NCBI GenBank assembly: GCA_013265495.1
Contig: MU057521.1
Coordinates: 186,001-250,000, forward strand
Reading direction: 5' to 3'
Length of the DNA: 64,000 bases
Origin: Vicugna vicugna
Lineage: Eukaryota
Under the pieces are notes generated by a model. It did not search any database. It saw only the letters and a program-made list of their open reading frames with translations, and was not told where the DNA came from. The translations under genes and the position numbers were made by a program. Below are positions 38,966-51,647 of the stretch, piece after piece; position 1 is the first letter of the stretch; each line of letters starts with the position of its first letter.

Positions 38966-40789
38966 TACTACTGTATTTTGCCTCTTTTAATCTTTCATGT
39001 GAAGATCCCAGAGTGTATTTTTCAATATTTTGTGACCTATTTTTGTATCAGCTCCTCTAGATAATGTTAGATTCAAAATAAATTTAACCTTGTACATTCC
39101 ATTGATGCTACAGCTTGTTTATAACATGGCCAGTCCTCTTGTCTGCTATTTCGTTCTTTACAAACACAGGGGCAGGTGGAAAACTAAAAAGGTGAGGATG
39201 TGCAAGAAAAACAAATTATCTTATATCACATTTGCCTGATTCTATAGAAAGTGTGGCACTGAAGTACGTTGTGAATTACAGAAGAATCACTAGCCTGGTG
39301 CTTAACTTTATTACTTTTGCCAATTCATTTGTTTACTTATTTTTAAATTTTATTTTCTGAGCAGCGTTGAAAATTATCACCATCTTCTCTCTTCGTCAAA
39401 CTTTTAATGCAGAGGTAGGTCTCCCAACATTATAGATAATCAGAAATGGCAGGCTCCAGATTCTGAAATTGTTGGAAAATTGTTGAAATTGTTGCTGCAA
39501 ATATATTCTCTATTAAATTCCTTACATATTTACTGAATTGACCAAGAGCTTACCTCCCTTCCTCAAACTCTATAATAATTGCTTTACACCTGAAACATCC
39601 TTAAGTTTTTAGTGTAAGACTCACTGAGTCACATCAGTTTCAATCTCAGGATGTCATTCTGTAGGATGCTATATAGATAATAACTATTCCTATTTTAAAT
39701 ATCTGTCACAATGTTTAGCTCATACACTACAGTCAAGGCTTGAAGAAAGAAAGAATATTCTTGCTGGATTAGAATTTAAGTACAATTTAAAACCGGAGAC
39801 TGACATTTCAAGAGATGTTTGTATTTTAAAGCATCTGAAATTAAAATCCAAAATAATTAAACAACTCCCAGTTCATAAATTGCCAAAGGGCACATGCTGA
39901 ACGTGATTTACTTTCTAAACTTCCTGATTCGAGTCTTCAAGAGAAAGTAGCCGAAGGAGGCAAAAATTTTCATGGCTTTTGGTATCCACGACCTGGGGTA
40001 TTACCCCCACATTTAAAACGCAGTAAGAGTGATAGAAAGGGTTTAGTCATTCTAATTCCAGTAGATCTGTGGCAGAGATTTAAGGTCAGCACTAATCTGG
40101 GGGAGTATTTTAGAAGTTGTTTGTAAGAGATTAGAAATACAGACATGAATTTGAATTTAGGGTCTCTAAATTCCTTTTAAAAATCTGAAACTTGATTCAG
40201 TTTTATTACTGTGTTTGACGCAGAATATGAACTACAATTAATTTAATCTTTAAAATTTATGCTATAGGTGGAGCCTAGATGTGGGTATGAAATGATGCAA
40301 CACAATATTAAAGAAAAATAAAACTCACAGCTCAGTCTTTCAAGTGCAAGTTTAATCAAGAGGATAAATCAGACGGATAGATAAGATTTCACCTCTGTAG
40401 GTAGCTTTCCATATGGCTTTATTTTCTAGCTCAGTTGAAGAGTCAGATGCCAAAAATATTACTAGACTGTTGATTTACTTTTCAAGTAGAATTTAACTTT
40501 CCACATTAAAAAAATAAAGTAAAATATATTCAGGGTTCAAAATCATTTGTTTAAGATATCTAGTTATATTTTAAATTACTTTTTCCACACTCGTCAATAC
40601 ATTTGAGACACCATTTAATTTGTACGTTGGTATAAATTACTGCCCATATTTATTTTATCCTTTTAAATTTTTTTGCTGCCTCCCAGATTAGACTTAAATT
40701 TCCACAATAAAATATCAAGGAAAACTGACCTCAATTTAGAGCCCATGTATTAAGAAATATATTTAATTAAGTGATGTAAAGGGTAATCT

Positions 40790-41165
40790 AAAAATTCATC
40801 AGAATACTCAGGATCATCTAGGTCTTCTCCTATGTTATCTCCTAGGAACCTTACAGTTTTGTATTTCATATTCAGGTCTGTGATCCACTTTGAGTTAATT
40901 TTTGAGAAGGAGCTAATGTCTTTGTCTACATGGAATTTTTTTGCATGTGATTGTTTAGTTGTTCCAGCATCATATGTTGAAAAGACGGTGTTTGCTCCAT
41001 TATATTGTTTTTGTACCTTTGTCAAAAATCAGTTGACTCTATTGATGTGGGTCTAGTTCTATGCCCTCTGTTTGGTCCATTGGTCATTACATATAAATTT
41101 CTCTGCCAAGACCATGCTGCCTTGATTACTGCAGCTTTATAGTAAATCTTATGTTGAGTAGTTCA
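40790..41165 (-). mobile_element. L1 ORF2 fragment
   Basis: The minus ORF contains KINSKWITDLNMK...GDNIGEDL, an L1 ORF2 segment. Confidence 0.9.
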
Positions 41166-41189
41166 AAACTTCTGTAAATAACGTATTGC

Positions 41190-42010
41190 TACAGTTAAAG
41201 GAATACCTATGTGCCATTTTTATTGCTTGGGAGAATTGATATTATGAATTTCTGTATTCTTACCAAATTAATCTGTAGAGTCATTGTCATCTTGATAACA
41301 CTTCCAACAGCTTTTTATTGAAATTGCCAATTTGAATTGAATGTATGGAAATGCAGATGCAAGAATATGGACCAAGACTATCTCAATGACCTTCAAGAAA
41401 GGGACAAGATGGTGGGACTTAATGTACCATGTATAATATAGGCATCCTAAAGCTACAGCAACTAAGACACTGTGAAACTGGCAGAGTTACTCACAAGCAG
41501 ATCTTTGCATATATACATACATTCTTAATGGAAAAAGTGACAAGTTGTGGAGAAAACATTTTTCCAATAAATAATGCAGAGTCAATTAGACAAACCAAAT
41601 GGGAACAAAATTAATCTTGATCTCTACATCACATTAAAAGTTCAGTTCAAGGTAGTTTATTGATCTTAATGTGAATGCTATAACAATAAAGCTTTTAGGG
41701 AAAAAAGGTGACTATCTTCATGGTTTGGGAATAAGGAAAAAGTTCATAAATAATTGCAATTGATAAATTAGGCTATATAAGTGACAAAGACTTACATTCA
41801 GAAGAGATTTTTAAAACACCTCCTAATAACTATAAGAAAGATATAGAAAACAACTCTCCCCCCTTAGGATATACATTATTAAAATTTTTACTTGAATTGT
41901 AGTTGATTTACAATTTAGGAAAACAGCTTTTTAATAGGCATTAGACTGGGTGAGACAGTTCAATAAGGAATATACACACTCCAGTAACTGGGTGAGAAGT
42001 GCTCAACAAA
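41190..42010 (+). mobile_element. Old L1 ORF2 relic
   Basis: ttcttaccaaattaatctgtagagtca...aaagctacagcaactaagacactgtg...gatcttaatgtgaa. Confidence 0.75.
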
Positions 42011-42059
42011 TGGATTTTATATATTGACCTAGTATATACCATGCTTGGTAAACATGCTT

Positions 42060-42650
42060 ACAAATGTTAAATTTTTTCTGTAGTTTTTTTTCTTTTTGCT
42101 TATTTTCTTCTTACACAATCACAGTGTTTTATGGCAGTTTTATTTCTTTTAAATTTATATACATTTATTTTTTCACACATACATCATTTATATATATATT
42201 ATTTCTTTTAAAAATTGCCTTATGGAACGTCTAGGGGCTTTAGTATAATGTTTAATAGTATGATGTGGTAACAGTGGACCCTCTTGTCTCATTTCCAACT
42301 TGAAGTGTAGAGGTTTTCCATATGTGACCACTATGTTTGATTATTTTTGTAGGTTTTCTTTATAAAATTAAGGAATTTCCCTTTCATTCCTGGTTTGCTG
42401 GTGGATATTTTTAAGTCACAGATTAGTATTGAGTATTTTCCAGTGCTTACTTGGTACCTATAGAATTGGTTATAAGATATTTTTACATTTTACGTTAATG
42501 TGATGAATTGCATCAATTGATTTTTGAATGATAAACTACATTTCCTTTCCTATAATAAAATTCTACTTTTTGTGACATACTAGTTTTTGTATGTAACAGA
42601 CTTTGTTTGTTGATGTTTTGTAGAATTTTTATGTCTACATTCATATTTTA
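42060..42650 (-). mobile_element. Old L1 ORF2 relic
   Basis: agtataatgtttaatagt...acagtggaccctcttgtctcatttcc...aaggaatttccctttcattcctggtttgctg. Confidence 0.75.
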
Positions 42651-43425
42651 GTAGACAATGAAACATTCTAGAACACAAAATATGGAGGGAAGAGCAAGGA
42701 TGAATTAGTGTAAGCTTAACACCACCAATGAGAAAAGTATGTCTTACAATGTAACTGCAATGGTTTCATCCTTAAGTGAAGAAGACAACATCATTCCATA
42801 AATGTACATAGACAGAAATAACTCTTTGATGTAACTCTCCCTATATGACTCGCTTCCACTATAAGAAATATGTCCATGGAGACAAACCACCTGTTACCTG
42901 TTTTGGGTTCCACATGAAGATTCCCACATCCCCCTCTTTTGTGGAATCAAATTGTTTTGCCATGGTGTTTGACCATAAGATTCCAGGTCTTTGTACCAAT
43001 TATTTACACAGAGGCGAAAAAAAGTCAGTTCTTATAGTTTCAGTATGTATTGTAAGAGCCTTAGCAAACTTTATAACATTAACCAGTGCATAGATTTCCA
43101 TTGACTTTCTTTCTTTGCAATAACTTTTAAGAAATTACGTCCAACTAAACTACCTAAACACCTTTACAATCTTATTGCTTGCTACTCCTTTTCACGTGCC
43201 TTAAACCAAACTGAATTTTTACTTTTATTACATTTTTACCATGGCTTCTCTTTTGTCTGTGCTGTTTCCTCTCCTATGAAATGTCTACTCTATTTACTGC
43301 ATGGCTCTACTTTGTACATTAAAGTCCAGCTCTTCCAGGGGGCTTCCTCCAATTAATTGTCCAGGTTCCTGGCACAGTGCTAGATCCCGGGCGGAATCCC
43401 TGAACAACACTGGCAGTTTCACCAT

Positions 43426-43903
43426 TGTAAGGGAGCAAAATTTGCCATCCCCAAATGTGTCTCTTTGGCATGAAGACTGTTTGGGGCTGATTATTTTTGA
43501 GAAACAGAAGACTCGGGAAGTTTTTCTTTTACCTCCTCCTTAACTACCTAGAAGACTTCAGATAGGGAGCCTGCACCGTGAAGAGACCTATTACTGAAGA
43601 AGACTTCTTTTTACATTACATCTCTGCCTGGTAAACACTTGTTCAGCAAAGTTTGCTCTTTTAATCTCCCCATGCATTGTCTTCCTCCCCTATGAAGTCC
43701 CAGACTCTGTCCCTCATCTCCTTAGCTCAGGATGACATATAAGCCTTAACTGCCTGACCATCTGTGAATCTCATATCCTTAAGGAACCCTTGTGTGTCTG
43801 CAACAAAATTTTTTTTCTCCTGTTCATCTGTCTCATGTCAGTGCAATTCTTAGACCAGCCAGAAGAATCAAAAGGGTAGAGGAAAAGTTTTTCCTCCTCA
43901 ACA
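43426..43903 (+). mobile_element. MER34-like ERV1 solo LTR
   Basis: TG...CA termini (tgtaagggagcaaaatttgccatccccaaat...ttttcctcctcaaca). Near-TSD ccat/ctat. Confidence 0.85.
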
Positions 43904-45376
43904 CTATCTTCCACAGAGTTTGTCATAAAACAAATATTAAACAAATTATTGTATCATTAATTATTTAAAGTCCACTAGATGCAAATATCTTTGATATTTA
44001 CTTTGCTATTTTAAAATGTGGAAATTTTGGTTTTTTTTTTTTGTTTTGTGATTATCTGTTAAATTTACACATAGTAAATGTGTACATTTTTTCTGAGAAT
44101 GCTTTGGTTTTGTTTATATGCTTCATTTCATTAAAAACTCTTGAGTGCCTTTTGTGCCACTACTGTTATTTTTCTGCTTTGTTTTCTTCTAAACTATAAT
44201 TTTCGCATTTGTGTGTGTGTGTTTGGAATGACATTCTTCAAAAATGATTCCTATATAATAATTGTATTGCTCTAAATTATTCCTTCAGTTCTGTGAATTA
44301 TTTTTTCCCCATAAGAGCTTCATAATCTCATCAATCGCTATGTTTCTGGTGATCTTCAAATTTAAGAATTTTTTTAATTTAAAACCTAGTGTTTGCACAC
44401 TTAACTACTGGTTCTATGGTGACTTCAAAAATACATATAGTGCTATACTATCATCTGAGGTTATAGAATATTAGTTTCATTTCCTTTTTTTTTTTTTTTT
44501 GGTTGAGAAATTATATCTGCTCCAAATCCAGTTTTTGTATTATTTCTATTACAGATGTCTTCTCTTAGTATCGACTTATTATCCTGCTAAATTGATTCTT
44601 TCTCCAGCTGGGCTAGCCTTTATTTGTCAATATGCTTTCTTCTCAAGTCAAAACTTTGCTTCGCAGATGAATTTTTTAACAATGCAAGCAATTTTTTTTT
44701 TGCCTTGGTTACCTAGCTTTTATCAAATTGTTAATATGAATTAGAGAATGGATTTCTGCAATGGAAAGAGAACTATTAGGAGCAATGAAGAAAAGCAAGT
44801 TAGGTCATTGACGCAGCCAGGGCCTCACAAAGGAGTGTGGATAAGGATTTAATGCTATGAGGAAAAATTTCAAAAGTAATCAAATAAGTTAGAGCATTAC
44901 CACTTTTCAGCAAAGAAACTCGATGAGTGAAAAATAAAGTGAAGAAGACCAAATAGCTCAGACACTTGCTTAGAAATTTATGTATTCATGTGGAGAACAG
45001 TAATTTTTAAGGGAAAGTGTGTATCACAAAGCACTTCCTCTTAAATGGATTCCCCACAGTTTTTAATATTTACTCATATTAACAAACAAAGTAGGTTAAA
45101 AGGAAAAGTAGCAATGATTGTTCAGCTGCTGTGGTTATACTGGATAAAGAAAAGAGGAGAAATTATTTAACTAGAACAAATGTAATAACAATATAGTGGT
45201 CATAAAATTAGGATTAAAAATGCCTTTGTACACAATGTATTCATATGAACAGAGATATTACAGAAGAGAGAGAAAATGCAAAAGTAATCTAAAAAAGTAA
45301 TTGGAAAAGGCTACTTCTAAAATATTTTTCTGCACTCAGGAAATAAGTATGGATAAATAGAAGAATCCTCTTAATG

Positions 45377-45593
45377 CAGGGGTTCTCAGCACAGCACTGT
45401 TGACCTTTTGGGCCAGCTAATTCTCTGTTGTGGGGGCTGTCGGGTGCATTGTGGGGGGTGTAGCAGCATCTCTGGTCTCTACCCATCAGATGCCAGTGGC
45501 ATCCTGAGCCCCCAAGTTGTCTCCAGACACTGCCAGATGTTCCCATGGAGCAGCTTTGGGGGAGGTAAAATTGCTCATGGTTGAGAACTATTG
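45377..45593 (+). mobile_element. MER20 hAT-Charlie element
   Basis: TIRs caggggttctca/tgagaactattg and internal gtagcagcatctctggtctctaccca...tctccagacactgcca. Confidence 0.9.
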
Positions 45594-47964
45594 CTTAATA
45601 CTCAAATTAAAAACGAACCAAAACAAGCCAGCTTCCTTAGCCACAGTATTGATTTTACTTAAAACAAACGAACAAAAAACTCAGATACTGTCTGTCGTTT
45701 TAAAGCCTACTGGGGAGGTATTAACCTTTACCTATGGCAAAGGTATTGAAGGCTGGAGTTAAGGTGTTAGACATACATAGTTTACAGATGAAAGAGCTGA
45801 TAGTTCTGTTAGCAAACCTATGCTGTTCGTCTTGAGCAGCTGTAGGAACATAAATGTCTCAGCAATCTAGGATTAAGGAAACCTCTCTACTTAGAGTCAC
45901 CTCTACCTATTATCTTGTTTAAAAAGAATCCTGTTGAAAATAACAGCCAGAAACATAAAATGAAAGGTAAAACACAGACAAAAAAAGCGTGCTATTAGAG
46001 GCTCCTAGAATTTGTCAGCACTGATGACTATAAATTTGTTGTTTCGGTGTTTCGGTGTTGGCTGTCTACCTCTTGTCTCAGCACCTTGCCCTTCTTCTGT
46101 GGGGTAGGATTTTCCATTTATTCTTGCTTCAATCTTGTCCTAAAACAAGCTGGGCCATAGGCCTGTTAGGAATCAATTCAGATGTTGCAGTGAAACAGGT
46201 TTTGTCCTGTTCTGTCTGGCCATTCTTCTAAGTGGCCTGAACTGAATGTGTAAGGTGGCTGTTTCTCTAGACTTTTTTGATCAATCATGTAATGTTTAAA
46301 TTTTAAGAGTTTTTTATTTACACGAGTATATAAATAGCTATTTATAAATTGTACACTAATACTGTTCTACTAATATAACACGTATGTCATAGAACATACA
46401 GAACTATATATTAATAAGGAATAGAATAAATATAGTATAAGATAGATTTTATATTTTAATGGTACAAATTGTTTTGATCTCACTAAAATGTTATTCATCC
46501 TATTTTGGTGAAAACCATGTGATTCAATATTTATCTTTGGAAAATCCTGTTTAAATACTCTGAGATACAGCAATTCAAAAGTCTAGTTTGAAGTTCAGTA
46601 TTTTTTGGATATATGATTCATTATGACCATCATTGGAAAAGATATACTGCAGAAGCACAATTTATAAAAAACAAAATATATACTTGGGACAAGTTTGCCA
46701 TTATTAACAGTAAATATAAATCTTTACTGGAAATATCATTTGTACTATTTTGAATTTTGGGCTAGTTTTGTCAAATCTGATTAGTTTGCCATTATTGTTA
46801 CCAAGTAATTTGGCTGAGGAAGAGCTTACACTAGAAGTAAAAATGTCATCTCTGAGGAATCGAATTACCAGTCTTATTTTAAATTCTTGTTTTCTTTTAA
46901 GAATTGGTCACTCCTTCGTTTTCTGAGATAAGTTTTAGTTAAAGCTAGAAAATGTAATCCAAAAATCCATTTCGCTGGCAACAAATGCATTTTGATGCTT
47001 TGCAAAATATGGGAAACAGATGAGGGCGTTGTTGCTTGGATCTCTGAATTGTGGACCATGTGATTTTCCTTGAGGATACCATCCAAACCCTAGTGGATGT
47101 TGCAGGGCGTGAGAATCAATCTGAATGTCAAATATTAGTAAAACCCCATTACCATAAGTTAGACTCAAGTGAATGGAATTGAAAGTGAACCATATTCTTC
47201 CTGCACATCTTTGGGTAGTCTTGCCCTTAGAGCTTTGTAACTTCCTTAAGCCTCCTGATTTATGGATTCTTCCTCTTCCTAAACCTTCTAATTGTAACTT
47301 AACTCGTTTTCACAAAATATAAGGACTTTTTTTAGATTCTGTAATCCGTTAAATTATTATTTATTGTTACTCAGCAAAGTCTTTTGTGCCCCACATTTCA
47401 AACAGGAAACACACAAAGGCAGAACAAGACCCCATAATGCCATAACATTTTGGGTGTTCATTGGACACTAAGTCAAAATTGGAAAATGCTGTGAATGAAT
47501 TCAGCAGTTTGTTTATCAAGATTCTTAGGGCCCAAAATTATAAAATTATTTTATTGATAAACAATATAAGCATTTTAAAAGCTCAGTTAATAGCAATTAT
47601 ATACCAGAGCAGTTCAGAAAGAATGTGCTATAAATTACACTATTTTATGCTCTCAGGAAAATGGCAAAATCTATACGGTCTGCTAATCTTTCTGTTTTCC
47701 AACGTTATAGTCAATGACTGTCAGGTCACATCAGTCTGAAGACAATTGATTCTACATGTACAAGTCTAAAAAGTGCCCAGGTATTTAACCTCAGACCCAG
47801 CTGAACTCAATATGTTTGTATATTAACAGAGATAGAGAAATCAATAGTTTTGGATAAGGTGTAGTAAATGGAAGAATATACAATTATCCACATTAAAAAG
47901 GGACAAACATATATGGAAGCAAGTCACACAGAAAAGAAGATTCATAATGTCACAGAGCTATGTT

Positions 47965-48478
47965 GGAATCCAATTGTGAATGTATTATTAGGCTCAGGGA
48001 ACTGGGTCACTGTCAGGTAACTTCTCTCGTTTGCTCCCTGTTTACTCGCTCACTAAATAGTTGGTTGTCTCTTTGACTTTGCTTCTCATTGTGTATCTGC
48101 TTCATTCTTCACTGTTTGTCTCTAATCAGCTTTACAGTTCATTTATCAGCCCCCAAGATCTCCCATTTGTTTTCCAAACGAGTGCCTGTGTCCACATTCT
48201 CATATTTTTGAACAGAGTGTCTGATGTGCCTGTCCTGGATCAGAAGTTTGTAGTTGCTCCAATAAGCAGTAGCCGCAGGGTACAAGAGGTCAAAGAGGGC
48301 AGAAAGTTGCCTATTCCAGGGTCATGGGGACAAGATTTGTATGATGAGAATGTAAGAGGAAATGATTTATATTCTAGAATAAGCTGATATACAGGAAAAA
48401 AAATCCACTCAGCAAGGTTGGGAAATCCTGAATTCACCAAGATTAAGCAGGTTTCTTTAACATAGGACTTACGCAGAA
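47965..48478 (-). repeat. Segment A': inverted copy of 37125-37639
   Basis: Direct reverse-complement alignment. Confidence 0.97.
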
Positions 48479-48597
48479 ATATGGAGCAAACTAGAGTTAG
48501 CCTCAGAGTGGCTAGTATTAATTTTCTAGGGTATCATTGTTGTCCTTGAAGAGTCAGAACCCACAGTTGGTTAGTATATCAAAACACTCCCCGTGGG
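48475..48597 (-). repeat. Segment B': inverted copy of 49222-49344
   Basis: 123-bp ungapped reverse-complement match with 9 mismatches, all transitions. Confidence 0.95.
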
Positions 48598-49221
48598 AGG
48601 AAAATAAATCATGATTAGTTATTTAAACAGAAAACCTGTGGCTTGGAGGCTTAGAGCTAAATAACACTCCTATGCTAAATAACTGAGATGTTAAAAAAAT
48701 AAAAAGCAAAAGGTCATTTATATCCACTGCTGGCACCAAGGTGTCATTAATATTGAAAAGCCCAAATGTCAATAATAGAAATGTCTTCAACGTTGAAACC
48801 TGGATTGCATGGGAGGATTGGATTTCTGGAATTAAAACATCATGCGAGGGAAAAACCAAAGCAAGACTCTACAATGTCACTGGAAGAGGACACAGGATAA
48901 ATGTGAGGAAACAGAAGATCATAAGCGTAAGTGATTTATCACCCTGATGACATGACAAGCATACTTCTGACCTCAGCCTGTCATTGTGGTTTTCAGTCTT
49001 GGTAAATTCACTTGTTGCATCAGTTGAGTGAGCGCAAAAAGGAACGTTGTCCTTCTTATCTTGCATGTACAGCATAGATCAAATAAAATTTTATTCAGCA
49101 CCCAGAGTACATAGAAGAAAAGATTTGCTCTAGATTTGAAAAGATTTGACTCTAGATTTAAAGGATTTTCAAGTCACCCAACTAATGGTAGCTATCATCA
49201 TGTGGCTGGTAAACCAGGTTA

Positions 49222-49344
49222 CCCGTGGGGAGTGTTTTGATATACTAACCAACTGTGGGTTCTAACCCTTCAAGGACAACAGTGATACCCTGGAAAATTA
49301 ATACCAGCCACTCTAAGGCTAACTCTAATTTGCTCCATATTTCT
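49222..49344 (+). repeat. Segment B: source arm of the 123-bp inverted duplication
   Basis: Reverse complement of 48475-48597, with a 624-bp spacer. Confidence 0.95.
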
Positions 49345-49849
49345 ATGTGCAGAAATTTTGGATCTTTCTAAACCCATCTAAATTTTTTTTCAAATATTAG
49401 AAGAAAGAACAAAAACATTCTTGAATACATGTTTTGTAATAGTATAAAAGTTATGTTCTCTGTTTTTTTAAATGTTTGAAAGATAGGACTAAGGTCTAAT
49501 ATAGGATATGCTTTTTTATTTATATGGAGAAGAAACCAGTGAATTTAAGTCAAAGAAATAAAGGAGAAAGAGAAACTTTTAAATGGTGGGTTCTACTGAA
49601 TTCATTTTTGTCAGCGTTATCATTTCTTTCTCTTTATTTTATTGAAGTATAGTTAATTTACAAAATTATTATTTCTTATATTTTGGATGTTTCTAAATTT
49701 TACTCTGGTTGCTTTTTTAACTTACCTATTGATTATAGTAGGTCTCTTAAAACTGTGGTCATCAGGTCAAATCAATACTAAAATATTAATAAATAGCATA
49801 GTCATGTTTTAAATAAAAATACTCCATCAGAAAAATTAGTAATGATTAG

Positions 49850-50790
49850 GAAGGAAACAATATAGGACAGAAAAACAAATATAACTCAAAAGTAGGATAA
49901 AAGATATATACTAAATAAAGGATAAACATAACAGAAAAGTTACTGCAGGGTTTAAGAAAAAATATTAATATAGTTTCATAACTAAATTTCTTAGAGAAAA
50001 CAAAACTGAATTAGCTTGAAAAATAGCTATCAAAACCAGGAAAGAGATAGAATATGAATGCTTAACTTGGAAAATAAGTGGAAAAATGTTACATCATCAC
50101 TAAAATTAATGCTACCTTAGAAGAAACAAAAAGTATAGTTGCTAATGGGAAAAGCATAGATGAGGCAAGAAGACTAGACTTGAAAACAATCACAAAAAAT
50201 TAAATGGAAATTTACAAAAAGATAACAGTGCAATAATGAACAGGGAAAATGAAATATATGAAAGACAGATGAAGAAATAGGACAACCTATTTTTAGTAGT
50301 AATTTATACTACTAAAGAAGAGAATTTAAATAAGCATGAAAATTTAAAAAGTATGTATTTCTCAAAGTATAGAAAAACTAGAATTTTGAATAAAAAGCAT
50401 AGTGTGTTTGAGGGAGAAAATGATATGGATGATTACTACCAATATATGTTGTAGTAAAATTTTAAAAAAATCTCTGAACGTAAAAAAGGAATCCAAGAAA
50501 CATTCAAAAGGAAAAATCATGTCACTTATCAAACGGAACATATCAGGGTGATATCAACATTCCGAATAGCACATTTTGATACTGAATCACATTTCCAAAA
50601 AAACAAAAGTTTACTTTAAAAGCATTTCATACCAGCCATACGTCATTCAAATATTCTGACATACACAGAAATTTAAAAGATGAAACCGCCATAAAATTTA
50701 TAGAAAATGAGAAACATCTTATGTAAATAAACGTGATCAACAATAAATGGATTCAAATGAAATAAATAAAAAGGACTGCCGGAAAGGAAA
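49850..50790 (+). mobile_element. HAL1 or L1 ORF1-like relic
   Basis: Strongly A-rich. gtagtaaaatttt...aatcatgtcacttatcaaacggaacatatcagggtgatatcaac resembles the ORF1 C-terminal region. Confidence 0.6.
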
Positions 50791-50829
50791 CTTTGAATTA
50801 GGATGTAGAAATCTTTGAAATGATTGTTT

Positions 50830-51540
50830 CTATCTTAATAACAAGCTAAAAAGCCAGATATTCCACAAATTCAGAACTTCTCTTAAAACCCAAAGTGGGA
50901 AGTTCTCATGGTAACAATTAGCCTTAAATTTAAGGAGAGGCAAGGGCCTCCAAGGAGAGATGGAAGTGAGCTCTGAATTACCTAGGACAGAGCTCTGAAT
51001 TACCTAGGACAGAGCACAGGAGGAGGATGGGTCCACCGTAAAAAATGGTAAGAAGAATTCAGGTAAATTTTTAATAAGTTGCTAGAGGCCAAATGTGGGC
51101 TGATATGAGTATAGAATCTCTGGGAGGCACAGACACAGGGGAGTTTGCCCACTGACAGATCCTTCTCCATGGACTTCACCAGGTGCTCAAGAGAAAGATG
51201 GGGGCAATGAGGAGGCTGGGGGATGCCTCCCATAGGTGCAGGCTTTGAAGAGGAGGACAGATACTACTGCTGGAAAGCTGCATCCTTCTCCTCAGGGGAA
51301 CAGAACGCTTAGGCCACCAGGGAAGGAGGGCAAACTATTGTCCCCAAGGTACACATAAAGACCCATCACAGCGGTGAGAATGAAGGCGAAAACCCTCTGT
51401 CCTAGAGAAGGGGCAGAAAAATGTCCTGGACTCAAATCTTAGAGAATCCCTCGCCCCGTAAGGAGGGTGGAATTGCTAAAAAGACCCTGCCCTAAGGACC
51501 AGGGAGCCAGTGGACTGAGGCTGAACTGGGAACACAGAGA
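50830..51540 (+). mobile_element. Ancient L1M 5' region
   Basis: gtaagaagaattcag...ggccaaatgtgggctgatatgagtatagaatc...ggtgctcaagagaaagatgg. Confidence 0.7.
50968..51015 (+). repeat. Perfect 22-bp tandem duplication
   Basis: gagctctgaattacctaggaca twice, then gagc. Confidence 0.97.
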
Positions 51541-51647
51541 GTCTTCCTTCGTGCTTTCTATAGCACTGTATTAACTCTTTAATACCTATCCAAAATATCT
51601 AGGTATTTGGAGGTATATATCTCCTCCAATTTCCTCCCATTGTAATC

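Noticed and set aside
45289..45350. Minus-strand YFLSAEKYFRSSLFQLL resembling the TMPRSS11 stem region
   Set aside because: It ends in an immediate stop, most of the ORF is MER20, and no SEA or protease exons are visible.
47055..47128. Possible C/D box snoRNA (tgtgatt...ctga)
   Set aside because: The C box is non-canonical, there is no convincing terminal stem and I recognise no rRNA guide.
37118..48440. Duplicated ORFs (MVVSLTLLLIVYLL..., VNSGFPNLAEWIFFP...) as a paralogous gene pair
   Set aside because: They are by-products of the inverted duplication. They have non-ATG starts, overlap a decayed LTR and differ by a frameshifting indel.
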